A stretch of DNA of 53,106 bases from Octopus sinensis. Its lineage: Eukaryota. Of this stretch, positions 24,537-35,739 are shown in pieces. The stretch covers positions 1-53,106 of the forward strand of contig NW_021833918.1 in NCBI RefSeq assembly GCF_006345805.1, given 5' to 3'. The translations under genes and the position numbers were made by a program. Position 1 is the first letter of the stretch; every line of letters begins with the position of its first letter. The notes below the pieces were generated by a model, which did not search any database, had not been told where the DNA came from, and saw only the letters and a program-made list of their open reading frames with translations.

Positions 24537-25398
24537 CGAGGTCTGATCATTAAGTATCCAGACTGGTGCCACAGTAATGACACTAAAATATGCAGAGTGA
24601 AGCCGCTTGGCACAAGTTGACCTTGAACTCTGCTGTGTATGTGCAGTAAGTTTTAATGTCCTAGCTCACTTCCGCTGCTTACAGCAGTGCTTGGAAGGAA
24701 GTTGTGTAGTGTGCGATCATTGCATTGACCTTGACAGAGAAAGTTATCATGGTGGTACCTGCTCAGAGGCCTACACAAAGTGGCAGAAAGTGTTTGGAGA
24801 GGAGTGTATGAGTGGTTCAGACGGTTCTTCCAAGATGGCTCCAAAGAATGTCGATATTGACGAAGGTTCTGGGAGACCTGCAAACAGCAGAACTGATAAA
24901 AACATTGCAGATGTGCATTCAGCTGTGACGGGAAATCATCAAATCACCATCTGTGAGTTATCAGGTGTACAGGTAAGTCACGGTTCAGTTCAGTCCATGG
25001 TCACTGACGATTTAGGTATGAGACGTGTGTCTGCCAAGTTTGTGCCAAAACTGCTTTCAGCTGACCAAGAAGACGCTTGGGTTGCACAAGATCTCCTTGA
25101 TTGTGTCGAGAACGATGAAAACTTTTTTGGAAACTTTGTGTAGGCCCCTGAGCAAGTATCGCCAAGCATTTGACAAAGTTTGATGCAAATTCTCTGCTCA
25201 ACTTCCTCTGCCATGGTGAATGCGACAATCTCGTGCTACACACCTTCCTTCCAAGCACTGCTGTAAACAGCGGAAGTGAGCTAGGACATTAAAACTTAGT
25301 GTTCATGCACAGCAGAGGTCAAGGTCAATCTGTGTCAAGTGGCTTCACTCTGCGTGCTTAGCTTCGTTACTATGGCAACAGTCTGATTGTTTATTGAT
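24537..25398 (+). mobile_element. Mariner (Tc1/mariner) remnant with truncated transposase and an inverted copy of its own 5' end
   Basis: TA-CGAGG TIR; SGRPANSRTDKNIADV...HGSVQSMVTDDLGMRRVSAKFVPKLL; the right arm encodes MAEEVEQRICIKLCQMLGDTCSGAYTK on the minus strand. Confidence 0.85.
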
Positions 25399-25653
25399 TG
25401 TGATCAATAAATAATCGGACTGTTGCTATAGTAACGAAGTATATATATATACATAGGGAAAATTTACGAAAAAACAAAAAACGAAGACAGGTGGTGTACA
25501 AAACAAACAGATGTATTAGTATAATGCTCAGGAATGGAAAAAGTCTTTTACGTTTCGAGCCTACGCTCTTCTACAGAGAGGGAAGCAGAAAAAAAAAAGG
25601 AGAGAAAAAATGTGTGTAGTGGCTAACATATATATATATATATAATATATATA

Positions 25654-25714
<61 letters not shown>

Positions 25715-25820
25715 CATACATACACACACACACACACATATCTTTCAAACTCTCTTCTCTGTTTTTCTCTTCCTCTCTCTCCATCCATCTCTCATTTCCT
25801 CTCTCTCTCCATTACATTCA

Positions 25821-25859
<39 letters not shown>

Positions 25860-26134
25860 CATTATTAGGGCAGTGAGCTGACAGAATTGTTAGCATGCTG
25901 GGTGAAATGCCGAGTAGTATTTTGTCCGTCGCTATGTTCTGAGTTCAAATTCCACTGAGGTCGACCTTGGCTTTCATCCTTTTGGGGGTCGGTTAATTAA
26001 GTACCAGTTGAACACCGGGGTTGATGTGATTGACTGTCCCCCCTCCCCATAAAATCCAGGCCTTGTGCCTAAAGTAGAAAACGATCATCATAATCATCAT
26101 CATCATCAATGTTGTTGTCTTTTTATTTTCGTAG

Positions 26135-26263
26135 GACTTCTGGGAACTCTTCATCCACCATATTGTTACCATGACATTGATGTTTATTGCCTGGATCCAA
26201 AACATTATCCGAATATCTTGTCTCATCCTCCTTGTTCACGATATGGCTGATCCGTTCCTCGAA
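26135..26263 (+). CDS. CERS: Ceramide synthase exon, Lag1p motif (catalytic HH)
   Basis: ttttcgtAG|...gaa|GTaagt; 129 bp; DFWELFIHHIVTMTLMFIAWIQNIIRISCLILLVHDMADPFLE. Confidence 0.97.
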
Positions 26264-26654
26264 GTAAGTCTCATCTCTTTTCCAATCTTGAAACCCCTCA
26301 GTCCCCTACAAATGTGTTTCGTTTTTTGTCTTTTTTTTGTCTTTGAATTTCTGTTTTATTTAACGTCTTTCATCTTTTACTTGTTTTCATTCATTAGAAT
26401 GCTGGCCAGACTGGGGCAACGCCTCGAAGGGTTTCAGTCGACCAGATTGACCTCGACCCTTAATTTCTTTTCGAAGCTTGGTCCTTATTCTATCGGCTCC
26501 CTACTGAATTGCTAAGTTACAGGGATGTAAACAAACCAAACCCATGAGGTAGGGGACAAACATACCCCCCCACACACAAGTGAACCATGGTTATCCCTGC
26601 GTACACCAACCACTTTACAGAGTGTACCGGGTGTCTTATGTGTGTCTTATATAT

Positions 26655-27030
26655 GCCTTTTTTGTGTCACCAGCACAGGTGCCTTGTGTCACCAGCACAG
26701 GTGCCTATTATATGCCACCGGTACAGGTGCTTTTTATGTATCACTGGTACAGGTGCCTTTTACATGTCACTGGCATAGGTGCCTTTCATGTGTCACCGGC
26801 ACAGGTGCCTTGTGTCATCATCACAGGTGCCTATTATATGCCACCGGTACAGGTGCTTTTTATGTATCACTGGTACAGGTGCCTTTTACATGTCACTGGC
26901 ACAGGTGCCTTTTTTGTGTGACCAGCACAGATGCCTATTATATGCCACTGGCACAGGTGACTTTTACATGTCGCTGGTACAGGTGCCTTTTATTTGTCAT
27001 TGGCACAGGTGCCTTTTGTGTGTCGCTGGC
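26655..27030. repeat. Minisatellite, about 21-24 bp unit (tgtcaccggtacaggtgcc)
   Basis: Direct inspection; higher-order repeat of about 110 bp. Confidence 0.9.
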
Positions 27031-27449
27031 ACTGTCCACGGACATGATTTCACTTAGCTTGATGTGTCTTCTTAAGCACAACAAATCACCAGAATTCTCA
27101 GTCACTTATCTTCACCTCCACGGAACTCAACAACCAAAGATCATATTTCACCACCTTGTCCTATGTCTCTCACAATGGGCTTTTTTTAGTTTTCATCTAC
27201 CAAATCCACTTTCAAGGTTTTGGTGAGGCCTCAGATATAATAAAAATATGTAAAATCTCTTTGAAAAAAGCCTGAGAACCACAGAAAGCTTTCTGGTGAT
27301 GCATTTGGGATTTAGGGCCCACTTGTTGCTGATCCTGACACAGAAATTTCATCCCTTGTTAACTTGTGTGTGTGTGTGTGTGTTTTATCTTTGTCATTGT
27401 GTTTCTCCTCACACCGTCACATCAATTAATGTTCTTCTCAATATTTCAG

Positions 27450-27556
27450 GCTACCAAGATGGCCAGCTACTCCGGACACCGCAAATGGTGTAACCACCTG
27501 TTCATTGTATTCACAATTGCCTGGTATATAGGACGCCTCTACATTTTCCCTTTCAA
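27450..27556 (+). CDS. CERS: Ceramide synthase exon
   Basis: atttcAG|...aa|GTaagt; 107 bp; ATKMASYSGHRKWCNHLFIVFTIAWYIGRLYIFPF(K). Confidence 0.95.
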
Positions 27557-27720
27557 GTAAGTCAAATTATTATAATCCTTTATGTTATAGGTACAAGGGC
27601 CTGAAATTTTGAGATGCAGGGGTTAGTCGATTTGATATATATATGTATGTATGTATGTATATATATATGTATATATATATCAAAATAAAAATAAAAATAA
27701 AAACATGAGGCGAAGGATCA

Positions 27721-27798
27721 GCGGTACATATGTTTCGGGCCTTTATTAGACAGATTCATAACAAATCATAATGTATGTCTGTGGCCTTCTTCAGCCGC
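27721..27798 (-). ncRNA. Minimal type I hammerhead ribozyme (mirror copy)
   Basis: Reverse complement of the 27931-28007 motif with the same intact core and stems; 1-nt indel in the stem II insert. Confidence 0.7.
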
Positions 27799-27930
27799 GC
27801 ACAACAGCTTCCACAAGGACATGTGTTACTTCCGAAATTCTTGGTTGGGGATGCAAATCTTCTCGAGAAGATTTGCATCCCCAACCTAGAATTTCGGAAG
27901 TAACACATGTCCTTGTGGAAGCTGTTGTGC

Positions 27931-28007
27931 GCGGCTGAAGAAGGCCACAGACATACATTATGATTTGTTATGAATCTGTCTAATAAGGCCCGAAACATAT
28001 GTACCGC
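27931..28007 (+). ncRNA. Minimal type I hammerhead ribozyme (Penelope-type), sense to CerS pre-mRNA
   Basis: Stem I GCGG/CCGC; core CTGAAGA 27935-27941; stem II GGCC/GGCC with a long insert; GAAA 27992-27995; palindromic stem III A-CATATG-T; GUA cleavage triplet ending at 28003. Confidence 0.7.
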
Positions 28008-28147
28008 TGAATCCTTCGCCTCATGTTTTTATTTTTATTTTTATTTTTATTTTGATCAATTTACTCCACCACCTACACCACCAAACGGTATACACAGGTG
28101 CTTATAATTATCAAGTACTCACCCCGAATTTCTACACTCAACTTATG

Positions 28148-28178
<31 letters not shown>

Positions 28179-29384
28179 ATATGCATATATGTATATATGT
28201 ATATGTGTATATATATATATATATATAATATGTGTGTGTGTATATGCATATATGTATATATGTATATGTGTATATATATGTGTATATATATATATATATA
28301 TGTGTATATATATGTGAATATATGTGTATATATATATATGTGAATATATGTGTATATATATACGTGTATATATATATGTATATATATACGTGTATATATA
28401 TGTATATATATATATGTGTATATATATGTGAATATATGTGTATATATATATGTGAATATATGTGTATATATATACGTGTATATATATATGTTATATATAT
28501 AGTGTATATATATATGTATATATATATATGTATATATATATGTATATATGTGTGTATATATATGTATATATATATGTGTATATATATGTATATATATGTG
28601 TGTATATATATGTATATATATATATGTATATATATGTATGTATATGATGTATGTATATGATAAATATGTATGTATATATATGTATATATATATGTATATC
28701 ATCATCATCATAATCGTTTAATGTCCACTTTCCATGCTAGCATGGATTGGATGATTTGACTGAGGACTGGCAAACCAGAGGCTGCACCAGGCTCCAATCT
28801 TGATCTGGCAGAGTTTCTACAGCTGGATGCCCTTCCTAACGCCAACCACTCTGAGAGTATAGTGGGTGCTTTTATGTGCCACCAGCACGAGGGCCAGTCA
28901 GGCGGTACTGGCAACGACCCCGCTCGAATGTATTTTCTCGTGCCACCGACACAATAGAGCTGGGAACAATATAGTGGTTAAGGTGTGGTCCCATACTCCT
29001 AAAAACTCTGGAATTCCCAAACCCGGGCCCTACCTCTGGATGCCGTTCCAAGTGATACCCAGGATTTCAGAATGAAACCAATCTATGTTGTATTCTCAAC
29101 CAGTTGGCCAGCAAAACAGATTTCCAACTCAGCATTTTATTTTTCTGTCCCAGAAACCCTAAATAGGTGTCTGAATAGATAGGGTCACAGGCAAACAACA
29201 ACATCTGTTACAAACACTATGTTGGATTTTCCTTGGACATGGTTTGAAAATCACCAATGTCTCAAAGGAGTGAGTGTCGTGGAGTTTAGTTACATCCCAC
29301 AAACACTGAAGTTTTTCCAAAAATCCAGGGTTTTTATGACAGCTAAACTTGACTTTAAAGAATCGAAATCCCACACTCTCTTTA

Positions 29385-29756
29385 CTCTTTTACTTGTTTC
29401 AGTCATTTGACTGCAGCCATGCTGGAGCACCACCTTTAGTCGAGCAAATCGACCCCCAGGACTTATTCTATCGGTCTATTTTGCCGAACCGCTAAGTTAC
29501 GAGGATGTAAACACACCAGCATCGGTTGTCAAGCGATGCTAGGGGGACAAACACAGACACACAAACACACACATACATATATTTCTCACTATATACACGA
29601 CGGGCTTCTTTCAGTTTCCGTCTACCAAATCCACTCACAAGGCTTTGGTTGGTCCGAGGCTATAGTAGAAGACACTTGCCCAAGGTACCATGCAGTGGGA
29701 CTGAACCCGGAACCATGTGGTTGGTAAGCAAGCTACTTACCACACAGCCACTCCTG
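29385..29756 (-). mobile_element. SINE family B copy
   Basis: Reverse complement of 9603-9990. Confidence 0.85.
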
Positions 29757-29982
29757 CAAATATTCTTTAAGTAACTTTTAGAATCCTTATATGAGCAGTT
29801 ATATTAACCAATGGAAAAACGACAATAATATTTCTTTGGCAATATGACATTACATCATATTGCCAGCTACCACAAATTGGCGCTACTATTTAAAAATAGC
29901 TACTTGCTACAACTATATAGTATTTGCATCTCAGACATTTAACAGTCTGCCCAGCTTTAAGTAGGTCCCACATTGTGGTATA

Positions 29983-30906
29983 CAGTGATCCCTCGTTTAT
30001 CGCGGTAGATTGGTTCCGAGACCGGCCGCGATAACTGAATTTCCGCGAAGTAGGGACACCATATTTACAGTATTTATTTAATGTGTATTTGGACTTTTAA
30101 AACCCTCCCCTGAACTGTTAACAACGCACCCATTATAGTAGTCTATTAATAACAAGGACAACTGTTAAGCAATAACCCTTTAGCTTTCAGATTTCTTTGT
30201 GAAATTTATTGCTTATTTAATTCATGCTGTTTTGAATTAATCACACATTATTTTGCAACTTCAAAACTTAAATGGTGTGGCTGTATCTTTTTAAAATGAC
30301 ATTGTAGGGTAGGTGTGAGAGGTTGGATCCAGGCAGTTTTAACATAAAACAGGTGGAATATTTGGGCCGGATTAAATGCTAAAGGGTTAAAGAAATAAAG
30401 ATTGTTACTGTTACACAGGCCAGATTACAAAATAGAAGCCTGTGATTGGTCATCTCTCTCTCTCCATTGCACCAATCACAGCCCGTCTTAAGTTCAAATA
30501 CCCCTGTATATGCTTATTTGCTATTTTACGCTTGTTGTTCCTAGACTAGGAAATAATATTTATTATTAATATTTTAATGGATTTAATGAAAAATTTTAGG
30601 CGTTCATATATATTTCGTTTTTGGATTTGGTTTGCAAGATTCTTTATATGAGTTCGTGTGTTGAAGCATATTCTGTTGTGTCTGGGGAGAGTCATTTTCT
30701 TTTTGTGCCTTATTATTTAACACTCGCTGGTAAAATTTCCACATTTTTCTTATTTTTATTGTCCTAAAATTTTCGTTGCATCTTGCAACCTTTTCAATAG
30801 TTTTGACTCTCATATATGTATATTTGTTCATATATGTATATATTTTAAAAATCTGCAAAGTTGTGAATCCGTGATAGATGAACCGCGAAGTAGCGAGGGA
30901 TCACTG
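29983..30906. mobile_element. pogo/Tigger-type non-autonomous transposon with nested insertions
   Basis: TA-CAGTGATCCCTCG ... CGAGGGATCACTG-TA; two other repeat families are nested inside. Confidence 0.85.
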
Positions 30907-31084
30907 TAGTTCTCTGTATTGTGTTTATATTGAGTCTAAGTAAGTAGATACTGTAGTTTAATGTCTTAAGACATTTGACTATCAAAAGCCCAGGCTACAT
31001 AGACGCAAGCAGGTACCACCCACAACTTCCAGCTATTTGTTCATGTTAGAAATTATTATTATCTTTTTTTTTGTTGTTTTTCAG

Positions 31085-31241
31085 GATTCTCTACAGCACA
31101 TTGTTCTACGCACCAACTGTGACTGGTATGGCCCCTATCTACTACTTGTACAACGGGCTTCTTGGGTCCCTACAGCTGCTGCACATTATATGGACCATCA
31201 TCATCACAAAGATACTCTACAATCGTTTAAAGACCGGCGAG
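31085..31241 (+). CDS. CERS: Ceramide synthase exon, end of TLC domain
   Basis: tttttcAG|g...gag|GTaaag; 157 bp; ILYSTLFYAPTVTGMAPIYYLYNGLLGSLQLLHIIWTIIITKILYNRLKTGE. Confidence 0.95.
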
Positions 31242-31384
31242 GTAAAGTTTGAAATATCGAAAACAAAACACACATGCACACACACACACACATACACAGA
31301 CACACATGCTCTCCAGAATTGTAGGAGTCTTCGTGTGTCTCTGCATTTGTGTGTGTGTGTATGAGGGAGTGGTTGGTGATTTAA

Positions 31385-32030
31385 ATTAATGATAATATAT
31401 AATGAAATTATTGTATACAGTGCTCAGGTGCACCATAACTTGTCAAAAGTGCGTATAAAGTACATGCAGTAATGTACAAATGTCTGGGAAGCGAACAATG
31501 TATGAGTCAGATACATGCTTGCGTGTGTATGGAGGGGAGAAAGATCAGGTGTAGTGTTGGGGAATCTCAGGAAGCATGGAAGTTTTGAAGGATGCAGTGC
31601 TCCGACAACTAACAACTGATGCCGGCAGTCTGTTCCATGCTTCAGCAACTCTTAGCGTGAAAAGGTGTTTCTGAAAGTCATGGGAGCTGTGCTGTTTTCT
31701 GACTTTGTAAACATGTCCACGGGTGTTAGATGGGTGGAGTTTGAAGAGGTGCTCAGAGTTATTGTTTGTAAGATGGTTAATAATTATATGGTTGTCTGCC
31801 AAGTCAGTTGCCAGACGTCGGAGTTTCATTGTGTCCATGCCCAGGGAAGTAAGGCTTTCAGGATATGGCAAATGCCTGATGGAGGGTATTATCTTGGTTG
31901 CACGTCGCTGAACAGCTTCCAGGTTACGTTCACAAGAAGACTTTTTGAGATTAGTGTTGTGGAGGGAGTAAGTAGACACTCGGTGGTACCTTTGTCCACA
32001 GCCAGTCCATGATCCACTGCTGCATTGTGT
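31385..32030 (-). mobile_element. CR1-clade LINE 3' fragment
   Basis: LEAVQRRATKII...LPYPESL..LG...RRL..DL...TRGH..K...FTLRVAEAWNRLP. Confidence 0.9.
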
Positions 32031-33326
32031 CCAGGTCTGATTGCAATAAAGATCTATAGTTTACATAATGTATTTATGATTTCGTGAATGATGTGTGCGT
32101 TTGATAGATAAATATACAATGTGTGTGTTAAATGGTTATAGAGGTAGATAGGCACAAGTATGCTTGCTAACCACATGATTCTGGGTTCGTCCCCTCTGCA
32201 CGGTGTCTTTGGTATATGTGTACCAAAGCCTTGTGAGTGGATTTGAGGGAGAGTTTAGCAAAGGGAGATAATCAGTGTAGAAGGGAGGTAATTAGTCTGA
32301 CCAGAAGAGCTCCAGTAAAATTCGTACTAAAAATATCGAAATAAAATAAAAAGCAGACACACACACACCTACACACATACACCTACATACACACACATAC
32401 ACATACCTACACACTTACATACACACCTACACACACATACACACACACACCTACACACACATACACACACCTGCACACACACACCTACACACATACATAC
32501 ACACACCTACATGCACATACACACACACCTACACACACACATACACATACACACACATACACACACACATACACCTACACACACATACACACACACACCT
32601 ACACACACATACACACACCTACACACATACATACACACACCTACACACACACACCTACACACATACATACACACACATACACACACCTGCACACACACAC
32701 CTACACCTACACACACATACACACACACACACCTACACACATACATACACACACCTACATGCACATACACACACACCTACACACATATACACGCACACAC
32801 CTACACAGACATACACACACACACACCTACACCTACACACACACACCTACACATGGTAACATCTACACACCATCCACACCCCCTCACACTCACGTGGACG
32901 CCCACATAAACAGACGAACACACACATACGCACACACACCTACACATACACACGTACACACACACACAGAGTTGGTGTTAAAAATGTCGGAGATGTATGT
33001 TTGTAATGAAAGTCAGCCAATCCAACTTTGACCACCCATGCGAAATGGAAGTTTGTAGAGAATGGAAATGTCTTGGAAGCTGACAGCTCGTGTTCTTCTC
33101 TCATCTTTCTGTTTGTTTCAGTCATTGGACAGCTGCCATGCTGGGGCACTGCCTTGAAGGGTTTTAGTTGAGCAGTTTGCACCTCCCCCCCTCCTGTACT
33201 TATTTTTTTAATGTCTGGTACTTGTTTGCTCTGTTTTGTCAAAATGCTAAGTTACAGGGATATAAACAAACCGACACCGGTGGTGGTGGGGTAAACACAA
33301 CACATACACATTCATATATATATAGG

Positions 33327-33757
33327 TGCAGGAGTGGTTGTGTGGTAAGTAGCTTGCTTCCCAACCACATGGTTCTGGGTTCAGTCCCACTGTGTGACAC
33401 CTTGGGCAAGTGTCTTCTACTGTAGCCTAGGCCCGACCAAAGCCTTGTGAGTGGATTTGGTAGATGGAAACTGAAAGAAGCCCGTCGTATATATATATAT
33501 ATGTATGTGTGTGTATATGTTTGTGTGTCTGTGTTTGTTTCCCTAGCATTGCTTGACAACCGATGCTGGTGTGTTTACGTCTCCGTCACTTAGCGGTTCA
33601 GCAAAAGAGATCCGATAGAATAAGTACTGGGCTTACAAAGAATAAGTACTGGGCTTACAAAGAATAAGTCCCGGGGTCGATTTGCTCGACTAAAGGCAGT
33701 GCTCCAGCATGGCCACAGTCAAATGACTGAAACAAGTAAAAGAGTAAAAAGAGAGTA
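33327..33757 (+). mobile_element. SINE family B copy with a small internal duplication
   Basis: agaataagtactgggcttacaa repeated twice at about 33617-33665. Confidence 0.85.
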
Positions 33758-34159
33758 ATAACAATAATAAAAGCAGTATAATGTTTTGTGTAATATTAAA
33801 TCTCTGAACGAGATGTAAACAGTAACTGCTCGACAACGTAAAGTATACTAGCCATCTCAATATGGCTAACCACTAAGGGTGGGTGTTACTGTAGCTTTTA
33901 GCCCCAGGAGATCATCGTCTCCAGCTGGCTTTAGGCACACTATACTTTACATTGTCGAGCGGTTACTGTTTACATCTCGTTCAGAGATTTATTATTGCTT
34001 GCAGACAGTTTTTCGAAATCAGTGACGGAAGTTACTTGAAAAACCCATAAGTATTTGCATACAGGTCTTCCTTTCATCGTAAACCGGTGATTACCACCCG
34101 TTGACAAGAGGCAACTATCTCGAAACTGCGGTCCGTGCGTATCACTTAGGCTTACGAGA

Positions 34160-34680
34160 GAGTTAGTTAGTTAGTTAATTTGGCTCAAAAGCAAATAGCA
34201 AGGCCATGTAGGGGGACATGGAGTTAAGTACAGGGTGGTGTTCATGCAAAGAGTTCAGGCCACTTGAGGTCAAGGGAGACTTTGAACAAAGCGGTCGTCG
34301 GCATCTTCACCATCTCGTCTGGCAGCTTGTTCCACGGATCCGCAACCCGGATGGAAAAAGCTCCTCTCCTTCGATGGAGATGAAATCGTCGCAGGTAGAG
34401 CTTTTCGGAATGACCCCGCAGCCGACGCTCTGGAGCAGAAGTGAAGAACAGCTCTTTTGAGAGGTTACACTTTCCGCTTATGATGTTGTGAGCAAGAATG
34501 AGATCACCAGGGCAGCAGCGTTTTTCTAGAGAATAAAGGTCGAGTGTCCTCAGCCTTTCTTCATAAGACAAATTTTTGAGACCAAGACCCATGCGGGTAG
34601 CCAGCTTCTGGACTCTTTCGAGATGATGTATGTCTTTGAGGAGATAAGAAGAAGCTTGACCTCCCTTTGCAAATACCATA
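34160..34680 (-). mobile_element. CR1-clade LINE 3' fragment (second family)
   Basis: LERVQKLATRM...LSYEERLRTLDLYSLEKR...LRGHSEKL...FSIRVADPWNKLP; shorter 3' pieces of the same family at about 46590-46685 and 46865-47050. Confidence 0.9.
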
Positions 34681-34813
34681 AGGGCACAGATAGTGTGCCT
34701 AAAGCCAGCTGGAGATGATCTCCTGGGGCTAAAAGCTACAGTAACACCCCATCCTTTGTGGTTAGCCATATTCAGATGGCAAATATACTTTACAATGTTT
34801 TGTGTGTTTGTGA

Positions 34814-34882
<69 letters not shown>

Positions 34883-34900
34883 CTTTTGTTTTTGTTTCAG

Positions 34901-34993
34901 ATAAAAAAAGATGAGCGCAGTGAGAGCGAAGAGGCAGTGAGCGACACAGAAACAGAAACCGCACAGAAAACTGCGGTCAACAACTGCACATAA
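34901..34993 (+). CDS. CERS: Ceramide synthase last coding exon (acidic Ser-rich tail, stop TAA)
   Basis: ttttgtttcAG|; IKKDERSESEEAVSDTETETAQKTAVNNCT*; contains the CerS KDxRS(D/E)xE tail motif. Confidence 0.92.
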   Translation: MKKDERSESEEAVSDTETETAQKTAVNNCT

Positions 34994-35739
34994 GATGCGC
35001 AAGACGATGGTGCAGCAGTACTCCCAAGAGGTGTGAGCGTGTGTGTGCGTGTGCGTGTGTTTGTGTGTGTGTTTGTGTGTGCGTGTGTTTGTAGGTGGAC
35101 TGGGTGGGCAGAGGTCGAGGTGTGGAGGGTAGGAGTGGAGGAGAGGAAACGGAAGAGGATGGACACGATGATGAGGATGCTTTTTGTGGGGTGTTGATGA
35201 CGATGACGGTGGTGATGCTGACGGCGACGATGGAGAGGATGGTGAGGGTGATGCTGTCTACGTTGATGCTGGTGATGATGGTTTTTATCATTGAAAGTAT
35301 CTACCATAAACTGCTGGGCGGGGGGGGGAGAGAGAGGGAGAGCAATAGACAGAGAATGGAGAGAGGTGGGGGTAGAAACGGCCGTAGGGGAGAAAAAACA
35401 GAAAGAGGATGATGAAAGGGGGGGAAAGAGAGTAGGAAGAGAGTGGGTGTGTGTTAAGGGAAAAAGAGAGAGTAAAGACCAATGAGAGGAAGGGGGAGAG
35501 AGAGAGAGAGTGAAGACAATTGATAGAGGAGGGAAGAATATGAGCTAATGAGGGAGGGGGAGGATGATGACTGATGGGAGAGGGAGGAGGAGAGAATGGA
35601 GGGAATGATAGATAATTAAAAAAAAATTTTTCCCTCGTTAATTTAATTATTTTAGATTATGATTTTTTCATTTCTTTAAAATATTTAAAACTATTTAGAG
35701 GGTACAGTGTGAGAACTGGAGGACATAAACATGGTGTGG

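Larger units (their letters stand above)
27679..28056. repeat. Spacer-less near-perfect palindrome, about 186-bp arms
   Basis: Centre ...cttctc|gagaag... at 27864/27865; arms differ by 1 substitution, 2 single-nt indels and one ATAAAA-type repeat unit. Confidence 0.95.

Noticed and set aside
26580-27226. Cys/His-rich ORFs that look like metal-binding repeats
   Set aside because: Translation of an intronic minisatellite open in several frames
34242-34964. 240-aa minus ORF as a host gene
   Set aside because: Chance read-through joining the antisense of the CerS last exon, an (ATT)n tract, an inverted-repeat arm and a CR1 fragment
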